From Haplodiscus bocki (lineage: Eukaryota), in NCBI GenBank assembly GCA_965655095.1, contig OZ296650.1:1426001-1490000 (forward strand): DNA of 64,000 nucleotides. Reading direction: 5' to 3'. The position numbers and the translations under genes are program-made. Within the stretch, counting starts at the first letter, position 1. The number at the start of each line of letters is the position of its first letter. The notes under the pieces were generated by a model. The model saw only the letters and a list, made by a program, of their open reading frames with translations, was not told where the DNA came from and made no database searches. This document shows, one piece after another, positions 1-10,787 of this stretch.

Positions 1-109
1 GCTGGGTTGATGGTGTAACATGCGAATTCAATCTGGTGAAAAGTCAAAATCTCCTATGTCAAAATCTTCAAACTCAAAATCTTCTGCACTGAAATAATCA
101 AGTGAATTA

Positions 110-625
110 ATTATTACCTCAGTTCCGGCTTCTTGTTATTTTGCGCCATAATCAAAAAATGGAAGCAAAATCTTCCTCTCAAATGGGTGCATTTTTTACC
201 CGATGTTTGACAATTGCGTTCGGCAGTTTGTTCACGTCTGAACTTGAAATTAGTTTTTCACTAAAATGTAGCAAATTTGCCGTAGAATGCGACTGGAAGA
301 ATAATTTTTCTCAAAACGTTGGAAAATTGAACGTTCTGGAAAACTAGATCGTTCTTTTAAAAACCTGGAAATTTTTCAAAAATCGCTAAATGTGGCAAAT
401 TTCTTTAGAATGCATCTCAAATGTTAGTATTTTTTTTAAAATGTCTTTCCACCTTACTTATGAGGTTTTTCCGGCAGAAAATCGGGAAAAATTATTGCTG
501 GAAAAATTAGAAAATATGATGAAGAAACGGAGAGTTTTGGAAAAAAACGCTCTCATCCTTCTAAAAGGCATCTTTAACAAAGTTGGAGGGCGCAAAATAT
601 CCCGGAGGTAGCCGGGTGTCTTGTT
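110..625 (+). mobile_element. Non-autonomous Helentron/HINE-like dispersed repeat nested in the MULE
   Basis: 5' TATTTTGCGCC and 3' GGCGCAAAATA sub-terminal inverted repeat, then hairpin CCCGG-aggtag-CCGGG and TCTTGTT end; 190-320 is reverse-complement similar to 54841-54990. Confidence 0.45.
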
Positions 626-789
626 AAAAGACAAGTAGGAGTAATTTAACTTCACACGCGAAAATTAAAGAAAGCACTATGGGAAAATTAACACCCAACA
701 CGAGTCACACGCTAAAAAAAACGACAAAATGAAGGTGCGAAAGCTGCTGAAATTGCAATCAATCAAATCATTCATTTTACCATCATTTG

Positions 790-1390
790 CGGAAGAAATG
801 AGTTTGAGTACGGTCTTTCCGTCTACGTACTGAAAGCCGCTTACAAGCAGAACCCAGGATTAGCTCTATCTCTCCGAATAGTACCTGCCTTAGTCTTCCT
901 TCCGTATGAAGAAATTGAACCAGCGTTTGACCTGGCTGTCGAAGAAATCACTGAAAACTTTTATCGGTGGAGGAAGATGGGCGGGCAAAAATTGACTTAC
1001 TGACATCTTATCTCAAGAACAGCTATCGAGACTATAGTATTGGAAGCACCAACCGCCCCCAAGTTTTCCACCGTGCAGTTCGCAACCAATTAGACTCGGC
1101 AACAGATGGCCTTGCGCGAACGAATAATGCCACGGAGGGTTGGCAGTTTGGATTGCAAGCGGTTTCAGGGATCTCACCTTAGCAGTTGGACATTTTTTCA
1201 GCAGCTTGAAAAATACGCTTTACTTCATAAATTTAATGCCATTCAAGGACTTGCAGGCGCTGAGAACACCACACGAAAAAAGTACCGTTTGCCAAATAAC
1301 AGTGCAAAATATTTGTCAGGAGTACAAAACTGGAGACAAAATCTTTTCCTTAGAGCTCTCGCCCACTTGCAGGGAAAAGAAACATTTTGA
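790..1390 (+). pseudogene. MULE-type transposase C-terminal remnant (frameshifted)
   Basis: ALVFLPYEEIEPAFD...YLKNSY...ARTNNATEGW..(H)LSSWTFFQQL matches the RTNNxxEGW(H)...HPxxWxFxxxL catalytic-Glu region of MULE transposases. Confidence 0.7.
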
Positions 1391-3474
1391 GATGAAGGAA
1401 AACTTTTTGTTTGCACTTTTATTTTGTTCGATTTCTAGTTTCAATTTTCCGATTTTAATTCAACAAAATTTTTCAGTTGATATTTTCACTAAGTTACAAT
1501 TACCAGGCGCCCAGTTGCGGCCTCCCCCAGGAGCCAAAGGTGCGCATTACCCCTCATTACTGCTCTTTTACGTAGCCATATTTGAACCATGCCCATGAAA
1601 CTACAGAGCGTGACAGCGGAACAGAACAACCTTTTAAAGGAGTAGCACTTGTCTAAATTGTTAAATGCAACTGACGTCAACTTTGGTTTTTGGCTAAATT
1701 TTGAACATGCAATCTAGGTTAAGATTTGTGATAAGTTTTGTCTTGTGATGTTAAAAACTTGGTATGGTATTTGTAAGTTCAAATGAAATCTTCTCTTTGA
1801 TATTTTCACCGCCATTGTAAAATGAGTTCAAATTTTTATTCAAATTCGACTATAGAAACGTTAACAGCGCGCACAACAGCACAAGTCTTTCATTACGTAA
1901 CTTTTGAGCGCACTGCGTTGTCTTGATTCATTTCGCTTTTTTTATTGTTACGCATCAACTACAAGGGTGGCTGTTTTAGAACTACGAACAACTTTCAACT
2001 CTAATAGATAAAGTTGTCTTCCATGAATTTTCGTTAGTTCTTTAATTTAGGAGATTTTGTCTAAAAAGATGTTGGGATAGATTTTGACTGAGGAGATTCT
2101 GACATGTAACCTTCGATCAAAAGTAAGTTGAGCGACAGAAAACATCATGGTGAACAATTTTTACCAACGGCTGAAGTCCATACTCATTTCATTTGACAGA
2201 ATAAAAGTCAACTTTTCTCAACATCGCCCTTTTTTCAAAAACGCAGACCTCGAGATAAGAGTCACAGCTCAACTTATGAAAGATATGCAGTAACTTCAAT
2301 TACATCTCAAAGTGCGGATAATTTTCCCTGGTGAATTAGAGCATCCAGGATAAGAATGTTGTCTAGCTCGACTGACCTGTAGACTTCCTTGCGCCTCCTG
2401 ACAGCATTCTCTTTAACTTCTCTAATGATGTCAGCGAATGTTAACGTCTCCTCACTGAACAAAAACCCAATAAACAGCTTCTGTAGCTGTAAAGCTTTCA
2501 TTTCCACCAATCTCTTCAAAAATTCTCACGTGTGACTTTGCTGCCATTTGTCGCGATAATTAAAAAGGAAACTGTTCGTTTGAATAAGACTAAAATTTGA
2601 ACACTTGTAATTTGACAACATTTTGAATACTAAACATTGATACTTAAGCTTTTAATATGTGATGGTCAAGGATCATCCAGGAACAACTCTCCTCCAAGCA
2701 TTTCATAACTGATCCAATCTCTTTACACTTTTTTATTCCCTTTTTTCCTGTTTTGTTAACAGTGATCGTACAAAAAAGTATTACTCACACAAAATTTAAT
2801 AGCTGTGAGAAGCAAGCAACGATGATACAAGTGAGTATATCTGATTAAGTAGTTGGAGAAAGTGGACGATTTGAATTATGATTGAGCAAAATGATCAAAC
2901 AAAGAAAGGAGACTTAAATGTTACACTTATATTAACATGTAAATTTTCATGTCCAACAGTTCAGTTCACTGGTAACGTCAAATATTCTCTGACAGTAGGA
3001 AGACAAACTTTATATGGTCGATTTGCATGCGAACCATGCTCTGTGGTCCTGTTTTGTGCTGCGACTTTCCAGCCAAGTGTTTAGATCGGAGCCAGTGAGC
3101 AACTAGAGGACTTCGGCCATAAATGCTGAACGGCAGTCTCTCCATTTCATCACTCCCTACAGCAGCCATTGACTGAAACAAAAGCTGACATTGCATCAAC
3201 AATCTCACATGCAAACACCGACAATTCAAAAACACAAAATTCATGTTCACAATCTCTTTACGAAAGTACCGAAGTTACTGATGAGAATATTGCAAAACCA
3301 CGCAAACCATGACCATTACACTAGCAAATAAAATGCATGTTTAACCCCAATCAACCTGGACAATTTTGCGAAATTCGAAAAGTTGGTTCAAAATTATCAA
3401 GAATTTCGCATTTCTGGGAAATGAATAACAGCGCGTTTGAAAGCTGTAATAATGAGCTTTCATTTTGTTCTGGT

Positions 3475-3886
3475 GATCCCTGTCGCCGCGCGCTCCCTTC
3501 CTCAAGAAAGTTAGTTTCTTTTCCTGTACTACCGCTTCGCGGCTATTCCACCCTTCGGGGCTCGCACTAACAACGAACAGTTGTTGGGTTTCAAACACAA
3601 GGCATGGGTATATGGTGTTTCAAGGTTGCCGTCTCTTACCAACAACCATTTTGGAGAAAAATGTCTTTTGCTAAAAAGTGAATTTTCGGGAAAACCGATT
3701 TTTTTGACAAGGAAAACGCGCATTTTTCAACGTCAGACATTGAAGTGTCGCTTCAAACCCTAACGCTGTTCGAGTAGGACATAATTACACCAGAATCAGG
3801 AAAATTTATCACGCTCATGAATACAGGTTTGTGGAAAACTGATTTGGAATTAGAAAAAAGGTTGGCTGCTTTAAAGCATCTCTAGG
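3475..3886 (+). repeat. Dispersed repeat, copy 1 (diverged direct copy at 63536-63950)
   Basis: Shared blocks TGATCCCTG, ACCGCTTCGCGGC, CACAAGGCATGGG, CATTTTGGAGAAAAATGTCTTT, AAAACGCGCATTTTTCAACGTCAGA, AAGTGTCGCTTCAAA, GTTGGCTGCTT in the same order. Confidence 0.85.
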
Positions 3887-5494
3887 TCAATTGGGATTAA
3901 TGAAGTTACAAATCTAAAACTAGGCCCCTGGCGGGAATCGAACATTGGAGCAAAAGTAGAAGAATTCTCTAAATTTGACTCACAATTCAATTAGTTCCGA
4001 AAATGAACATAAGATGGGTTTTTCAAAAAACGGTAATTCCAAACAAACCTCTCCCCTGTTCAAATTAGGTGAAGAAATTCCTAATATATCCTTCTTTATC
4101 CTAATATATACCCGAAAATTAGAAAAACTATTTCGTTGCAAGGGTTTAGTTTGGATTGGTAGCTAGAAAGCTGCTTTCGTGGGCAAAGCAGCAAAAATCA
4201 CCAAACAAAAACAAAATTAGCTAATCTTACCTGATTTCATATATGTAGGGACTTGTGCAAAAAGTTCATATTTTGGCGAAACTTAAAAACTGTGTGTTCC
4301 TCATAGATAGATTTCGACATAATTGCAAGGAAACTAATTTTTAGAGGAAAATTGAAAAATTGCCGCCACAAGTTAGCCAAATTTTCCCACTTTGGAACCT
4401 GGAATAAGTTTTCGCAACGTTTTTCATTTTTCTGCAAAACTAACCAGAAATTACAATTTTATATCACTACATGAAAGAATTTCAGTCAGAAAGCCGGTTT
4501 GATTTGCAGAATGATGAAAGTCCGCCAAAAAATGTTAATGCCCCGAAAAAAACTTAGCTAAATTTCAACTTTCTATGAAATTTGCAAACTTCCACGAAAT
4601 TTACTAGAAGCTTTAATTCGACATCAATACATGCGCGAATAGTTGGGATAAAGCTGTTTTCTAGTTGAAACGACGAAAACTCCCGGAAAAACGCGAATTG
4701 GGTTAATTGTGCTTGCTTTAAAAGCAACTTTTTGGAAAGTGTTCATTATTCCTAGAAATTCACAAGAAAGTGCAATTCATTCTACTACAGTATGAATTGG
4801 ATATTGGAAGCTGAATTCAAGGGCAAAAATCTCCAAAAGGATGCAAAGCTAAAATTTGGCCTGGTTTAAAACAAAAAAAAACCTTGTTTTGTTGCACAGT
4901 TTTTCCAGAATCAGCAACTTTTTGAAACTTTGCATTTTTGTGTCAATTTAGTGTGGATCAAAAACGCGAAACGTGATTTCGTGTACCAAAAAGACGTCCA
5001 AAAAAGCGCAAAATAACATATTTCGCTCAATGAATTGAGGTTTATGCCAAACCGAATACAAGTTTGAATGCAATTAAATGAACACAGGTTTAAAAGCAAT
5101 CAAGTAAACACAAAACACGATTATAACTTCTAATATATATACAATGATAAACGCAGTCAGCTGAACAAAGTGCAGTCGGGTTTTCGGAATTTGACAACTT
5201 TGCCATAATTTGGACGCAACAAATGTCTGCAAAAAGAAGTCAAGAGGTGTGCCTTCCATGTCGAACACCTTCGGCTTCGATATTAACACGCCGCCGGTAA
5301 CAGCCCAATTCGTTGTCACCCGTAGGCCCAAAGTACTCACAGGGCAGGAGCCTCTAAAAAATTCAAACTACCAAAAAAAGGGAAAACCTACAATGAAATT
5401 TCTGTTTTGTGTTGAAAAACGTGGATTGATTCGAAGGAAGCTCAAGTGACTCGAACCTTGGCATAATAGTCGAACACTAACAGAGACGCAATGC

Positions 5495-6125
5495 TCATGA
5501 TACCCCACACCTTCTTTACATATACCAATAAAAGGCACACACCAAAAATTTTTGAGGATTTCCCCCGCTTTGCACATACCAAAATTTCTCGAAAAAAGGA
5601 ATAGCCACAACTTTTGAGATACTACATTCACGTAATTATTTCTCCATTTGCAGAATTTAACAGGCAATGTAAAACGTACAAAAGAGTTTGCCGACCAAAA
5701 TTTTCGTGCCAAAAATTGTGATACCCCTTGCTTTTAATGAATTAAATAGTTTGACCAAACTTACCTTGTAGAAAAACGCGACTTTTTGAAATTATTGCGT
5801 CACTTCAATTACCATTACAAAAAATCGAAATCGCCGGTACTTTTGCTCGACAAATTTTGTTCCAAATTCCGTTTTTTAAAAGCAAACAGCAATTTTTGTG
5901 CTATCCCCCCTTCAACTTTCCAGCCCTATTAAACAGCAAACTCGCGATTGAGGCTCCGCTTTCTCCCAAAAGTTTTCTAACCTTAAAATTTTCCGAACCT
6001 TTGAAAGAGGCATTCATTATACCCCCTTTTACTTGGAATTAACTTTTCCGTAGAAACCTCCTCCATTGTTTAAGATACCCTTTGAACATTTTGACTTTTA
6101 GGGGTAGCGCTAATTTCGGCCGTTC
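5495..6125 (+). repeat. Highly degenerate tandem array resembling the ~120-bp repeat at 55400-56000
   Basis: Recurring TGATACCCC / TGCTATCCCC / AGATACCC motifs with AAAATTTT tracts. Confidence 0.35.
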
Positions 6126-9100
6126 TGAGATGGTTCAAATATCTTTTGGAACTCCGAAACTTCAAAAAGTGAAAAAAATTAGACTGCTGATAATTTTAAA
6201 TAGCATAGAAATTGTGAAACTTTACAAGATTAAATTCTGAGGAACACTAAACCATTTTGAATCAATAACTTGCATTAAGACAGACAAAGGACTGCATGTC
6301 TATATTTGCAATGAGATGTATTGGGAAGTCAACTAGCAGCAATTGCGAGTGAAAATCATCCCGTGTTATTGCAGTCTTCAGGGTAGATTAGAGAGAGCCT
6401 TGACAGCAAAGAGTTTTGGATATTTCAAGGCCCAAAAGGACTTACATAATGGCAACTCTGCAATTCATTAAAGATTCCATTGTATTGAAGAGCGTTCTCG
6501 GTCCAACAAATAACTTGGATTTAATTTGATAAGTGAGATTAATGTTTTCTCATTTTTTGATAGTGATTCAAACGGCCCGCCCGCTTCTATTACTCCTCCA
6601 TGCTATCTATCTTTCGACAAAACCGCCCTCTTGATACATCTATTTTTCGAGAACCAAAAGTTCTTCAGAAAAAATTATTTCCCCAAATTCTTTGACCAAA
6701 ACTCATACCCTTTGGTCTACACTAATTTTTGTACTGGGCAGACGGGGGACAGGAGTGGCTAAGATGTGCTGGGCTAAAAGAAGTCGAAATGTTCTGCGTG
6801 AATAGGAGTGGTTTTAATTTAGCAAGTAGGAAATGCTGAACAGCTGCAGGTAGCGGTATTAGTGGAACCTTGAACGGCGACTTTATTTGGAAATGGGAGA
6901 GTATTTCAATGAATTTATACAATGTGGGGAGAATTAGAAGCCTTTTATTTTGTTTTATTTGCAAAGTAACAGGCATGGCGCAATTGTTGACAATAAACAG
7001 AAAAGATATTGCTTTGCTTTGATTTGCCTTCCATGTAGGTGTGGTGGATCAGCAGTCGGCTTAAATCAGCGCGTAGAAAGGGGTGCCTCGTCCCTCTATG
7101 TACCTCTCGCTAGCCCCATTTCCTACTCCAGCACTACTGCCAACAGTGCCCCCAAAATCATTCTCACTTCTTCCCCCCATAAAATGACGCAACTTCCCAC
7201 CTGACGTCATTGTATGCCCATGTAGTCAAACACATCCAGGTCGCCAACCTTCCCTGCATGCTGCCACCCAACCTCTGGCAGTCACGATCGAGCAGTCCTG
7301 CCCTCCTCCCGCGTACAATAAATAAAAGCAGCACTTTATTATTGATTTGATTTCATTCAATATTGGAGTAGATTGCGATAAAATTTAGTCAGCAGTATCT
7401 TAATTCTCCGACTTGACTTGTTTATCGGTAGTTATTAAAAGTTGCCTTCAGCCGTGGAACTGGAAGAATTTATTAACTGTTGGCTTTTTCATGGGCGCCC
7501 TGCAGGGATTGTTTGGCAAATCTGAAGCCACGACACTGCTAGAATTCTGTTTAGGTTTCAAGATTACTACTATTGAAGAAAGAGAGCAAACATTCAGCTC
7601 ATTTTATTTTAAAAGTCTTGCAGCAACTTTTTGAACTGCTTGATCAGAATGTCAGAATGTTAGCTGACTTAGTAGCCTCCGGTAATCAGTTGCCTGAAGA
7701 TTGCTACTAACTGCATTTTGCTATCTTCTATTTAAAGCTTCTATATTTGTAAGTTTGAAAAAGAAGCTTTAGAAAATGAGATTTAATCAATTCGAAATAA
7801 CACAGACAAATACACACTATGGCAGCATACAGAGACCATTTGCACGGTAGATTCAGCCCAGAGGCAATTTCCATTCACGGCTGCTAAGATTTCCCTTTTA
7901 GACGTTTTCCCCCTTTTAGAATAGATGTTTTTATTCACACCAAAGCATCGATCATTAGCTAACAAAAGAACCACAAGAATGAGATTGAATGCGCCAAAAA
8001 CAAAAGCAGCCACACCAACTTCATCTGTTCACCACGCGCCTTAACAGCTCTCAAATACATTTGCACTATTTCATAAATTTTTCGTTATTGCAACAGTGCA
8101 AGGAGGAATGAAAAGACCAGACAGACCAAAAGTAACTACATATAATATGCAATGCACATCTAGCAGTGCCGTTATCATTTCCATTTTTAGCTGCATTCAT
8201 TTGCTCTTTATTGTTTATGTTCCTTCACAACAAGGCTAACTGCCTACTTACTTAGTAGCACTGTAGCTAGCGACTTAGATGGGATTGTGGTGGAAAAATA
8301 TTGCATTGAAGAAGCCCTTTCTCTACCTAATGTGGCTTCTAATACATGTACATTGAATGCAAGCGGCGGTATTGTGTTGATTGGCTGGCTGAATGTAACA
8401 AAACGAAAGTTGCATAATCACACCCGCTTTAATCCAATGCTGCGTCGTTGTCTATGAAGAGGTGGCGGCAGCGGTTGCATTTTCTACAAGAAGGACAGAG
8501 GTATTCCACGAGAGAATAAGCACCTTGATTTTATAGGAGTAGCCGCAGCAATTCGGGTTTCGTTGCTTCCTTAGTTCAAAGTGCTACTTGCACTTATGTT
8601 TTATTACTGGTTAGAATACCAGTCACTACAGACAACACATTATCGCAGCTCGAGCACAGTTCACTTTAGCTGCCAGTTCGTCCGACCAATTGTTGCTTGG
8701 CTTGTTTTCCATGTCCTATCTTTTGTGCTCAACACTAAACAGCACATCGCACAAGAAACAGCAGCTGCTGTTATTCTGTTGAGAAGCCTTTTCATCAAAA
8801 TTAACAAAAACAACGCTGCAACCACCAGACAAGTAAGCAATAAACAACAGAGTACAGTGACACAAAACAAAGCCATTCCATCACCGCTAAACGCCGAGTC
8901 GTTCGGTGTTGCAATCTTCATTACGTTTCATCGGCAATCCAACGCAAAACATTCGGCATTCACTGTCATCAAAGAAACGCCGCGACACGCAACCGCATGA
9001 ATCGGCGATAGTCGTCACAAACATTACTCAGCCATTGGTTCTAAGTCGCCGGTGGCTACAAATGTAGCAGTTGTCCACTGCCAGAAACATTTTATACTTG

Positions 9101-9912
9101 CTTTGAATCGCTTGCGCTGTGATTTATACTGCAGTGTATGCCGCCGGCCCATTGTGGGTTACCACATAGCGAAACAGTTGCATCAAAAGGAGAAGAACCT
9201 TCATTATTTGCAATAGCACCTACCCGCCTGTTCCTGAAAGCACTGCTGAAGTTTTAGGAATACTTGTGCATTAACTTTATACAACAACATCAACAACAAC
9301 ACGTTTAATTATTCTTTCATTTGACCCAGTTTGTTGTCTAGGCAAGACCCACTAGGTACCTACAATTGGCCAGCATTCGCTGCATCCCATTCAGAAAGGG
9401 TAGCCGGTATACTACCCATTAGATTTCAGCGGGTAGTTCATTTTTATTTGAAATACTTTCTAGACTTGTACTTGATTCAACCGAAGGATCTTAAACAGGC
9501 ACCACCACATCAGCCACTGACAGCCGCCACCGAGGACAGGCCACTATCTAAAGTTAGACTTGTTAAACTTGGACAAAAGCAAATATCTCACTTCTCAGTT
9601 TTATACTGACTGACTAGTTATTTCGTGCTCTAACAACCATCAATCACTGATTCATCAACCTACATACGCAAAACAATTCGATTCAAGTTGTCCTTTATCG
9701 TGTAGCATTTGATTGTTTGTTTCTATTACAAAAATCAACATTGCCATCGCAACATTGGAAGACCAGTTTCATTTTATTGTTTGCGTCTTCAGATTTATCA
9801 CATTTTCAGCTAATTCCGCTCTTTAAATTCTTCTTGACTACGCTAAGAATTCAAAAAATTTTGAACCACTTTCTAAAATTGTTACAGAAGACTGTTGTGC
9901 GAGCCAAAAAAC

Positions 9913-10027
9913 ATGCAGACCTCTAAGTCAAGGCTTTTCGCCTTCCTCGCTTTCGGGCTGATTTTTGCAACACTCTTCGTGACGTCAGAGGCTGTGAAGG
10001 AGAAGCCGAAGGACAAAGACAGCAATG
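9913..10027 (+). CDS. Host gene, first coding exon: signal peptide plus charged pro-region
   Basis: Acceptor ttgttacag at 9887; aaaaacATG at 9913; MQTSKSRLFAFLAFGLIFATLFVTSEA|VKEKPKDKDSN; phase-1 donor G|GTTAGT at 10028. Confidence 0.75.
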
Positions 10028-10273
10028 GTTAGTCGGCTGAGAGCTTTTCAATCCACATTCTATTTCTCCTACCACTCAAAGAACCAGAGCCACCATACGA
10101 ATGCCTCGCCGTCGCTAATTCATCAAATCAATTTTTTCATTCACAGTCAAGAAATAAGTTTAGAAAATTAGAACCTGATATTAGGAGCTGAAAAAATGAA
10201 AAAAAAACTTATTGAAGCTATGTAAGCTCTACTTGTTAATTCAATGTCAACTTCTTTAGTGAGTGAAAACATA

Positions 10274-10369
10274 GGGACCTTTTGTGGGTTGCGACCCCAC
10301 AATCGACTTTTGATTGCAATCGATACTCAGATTGCGCCATATTGCTTTAACCACTGAGCTACCCGGTCC
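10274..10369 (-). pseudogene. tRNA-like sequence (tRNA pseudogene or SINE head) in the host intron
   Basis: Minus strand GACCGGG-TA-GCTCAGTGGTTAAAGC (A-box/D-arm) ... GTGGG-GTCGCAA-CCCAC (T-arm with degenerate loop) ... GGTC; acceptor stem mismatched and anticodon region enlarged. Confidence 0.5.
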
Positions 10370-10596
10370 ACGTCACGGAGAGATTTATTAGCTCTCCTAT
10401 GCTTGAACTTGTAATTCAAGGCTTCTTCGTGATGCCAACCTACCATGTGAGTGACTGCTCTAACAAAACTTCTGTTCATAATTCATTTAAATCAAACTGT
10501 TTGCAGCTAGATTGCACTAGCCTGAACATGAGTTACGGATAGCAAATCATTGCATAGGCGTTTGCTAAAAAAGAGTAATCTGATTTTTGTTGATAG

Positions 10597-10787
10597 TAGA
10601 AGAAGGTGCAAAGAAAGACAACGAGAAGTTCTACAAAAAGCGAGATTTGGAGCGAATAACTCAATTGATGGCGGAGATCAATGAGTTGATCTGTTACCTG
10701 CAGTACGAACAGTCTTTCCTCACAGAACTCCTCGTCAGTTCCTTCTCACTGCCCAAACCAGAAGTGGTCAAAGTGGAAAACTTCAAA
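10597..10787 (+). CDS. Host gene, second coding exon: KKR site and helical putative mature region; 3' end unresolved
   Basis: Acceptor tttttgttgatag; phase 1 matches the previous exon (G+TA = Val); VEEGAKKDNEKFYKKRDLERITQLMAEINELICYLQYEQSFLTELLVSSFSLPKPEVVKVENFK; donor |GTTAGT at 10788 identical to the first donor. Read-through would stop at 10862. Confidence 0.7.

Larger units (their letters stand above)
13..2111 (+). mobile_element. Decayed MULE/Mutator-superfamily DNA transposon with imperfect, internally repetitive TIRs
   Basis: Left end GTAACATG plus repeated (GT)CAAAATCT(CC) units (15-82) mirrors the reverse complement of 2051-2111 (GGTTACATGTCAGAATCTCC..GTCAAAATCT..CAAAATCTCC); encloses a transposase remnant. 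Confidence 0.55.

Noticed and set aside
2140-2550. Protein-like minus-strand remnant
   Set aside because: Stops and frameshifts and no recognisable family.
3921-3950. tRNA gene (GTTCGATTCCCGCCAGGG on minus); similar B-box-like motifs at about 5447 and 55354
   Set aside because: Only T-arm fragments; no cloverleaf.
7491-7634. MGALQGLFGK... resembling an ARF N-terminus
   Set aside because: No P-loop or other GTPase motifs; 47 codons only.
8581-9000. Overlapping hydrophobic ORFs (8581+, 8661-) and 7783-8013(-)
   Set aside because: No motifs or consistent splice structure; hydrophobicity is explained by A/C versus T/G strand skew.
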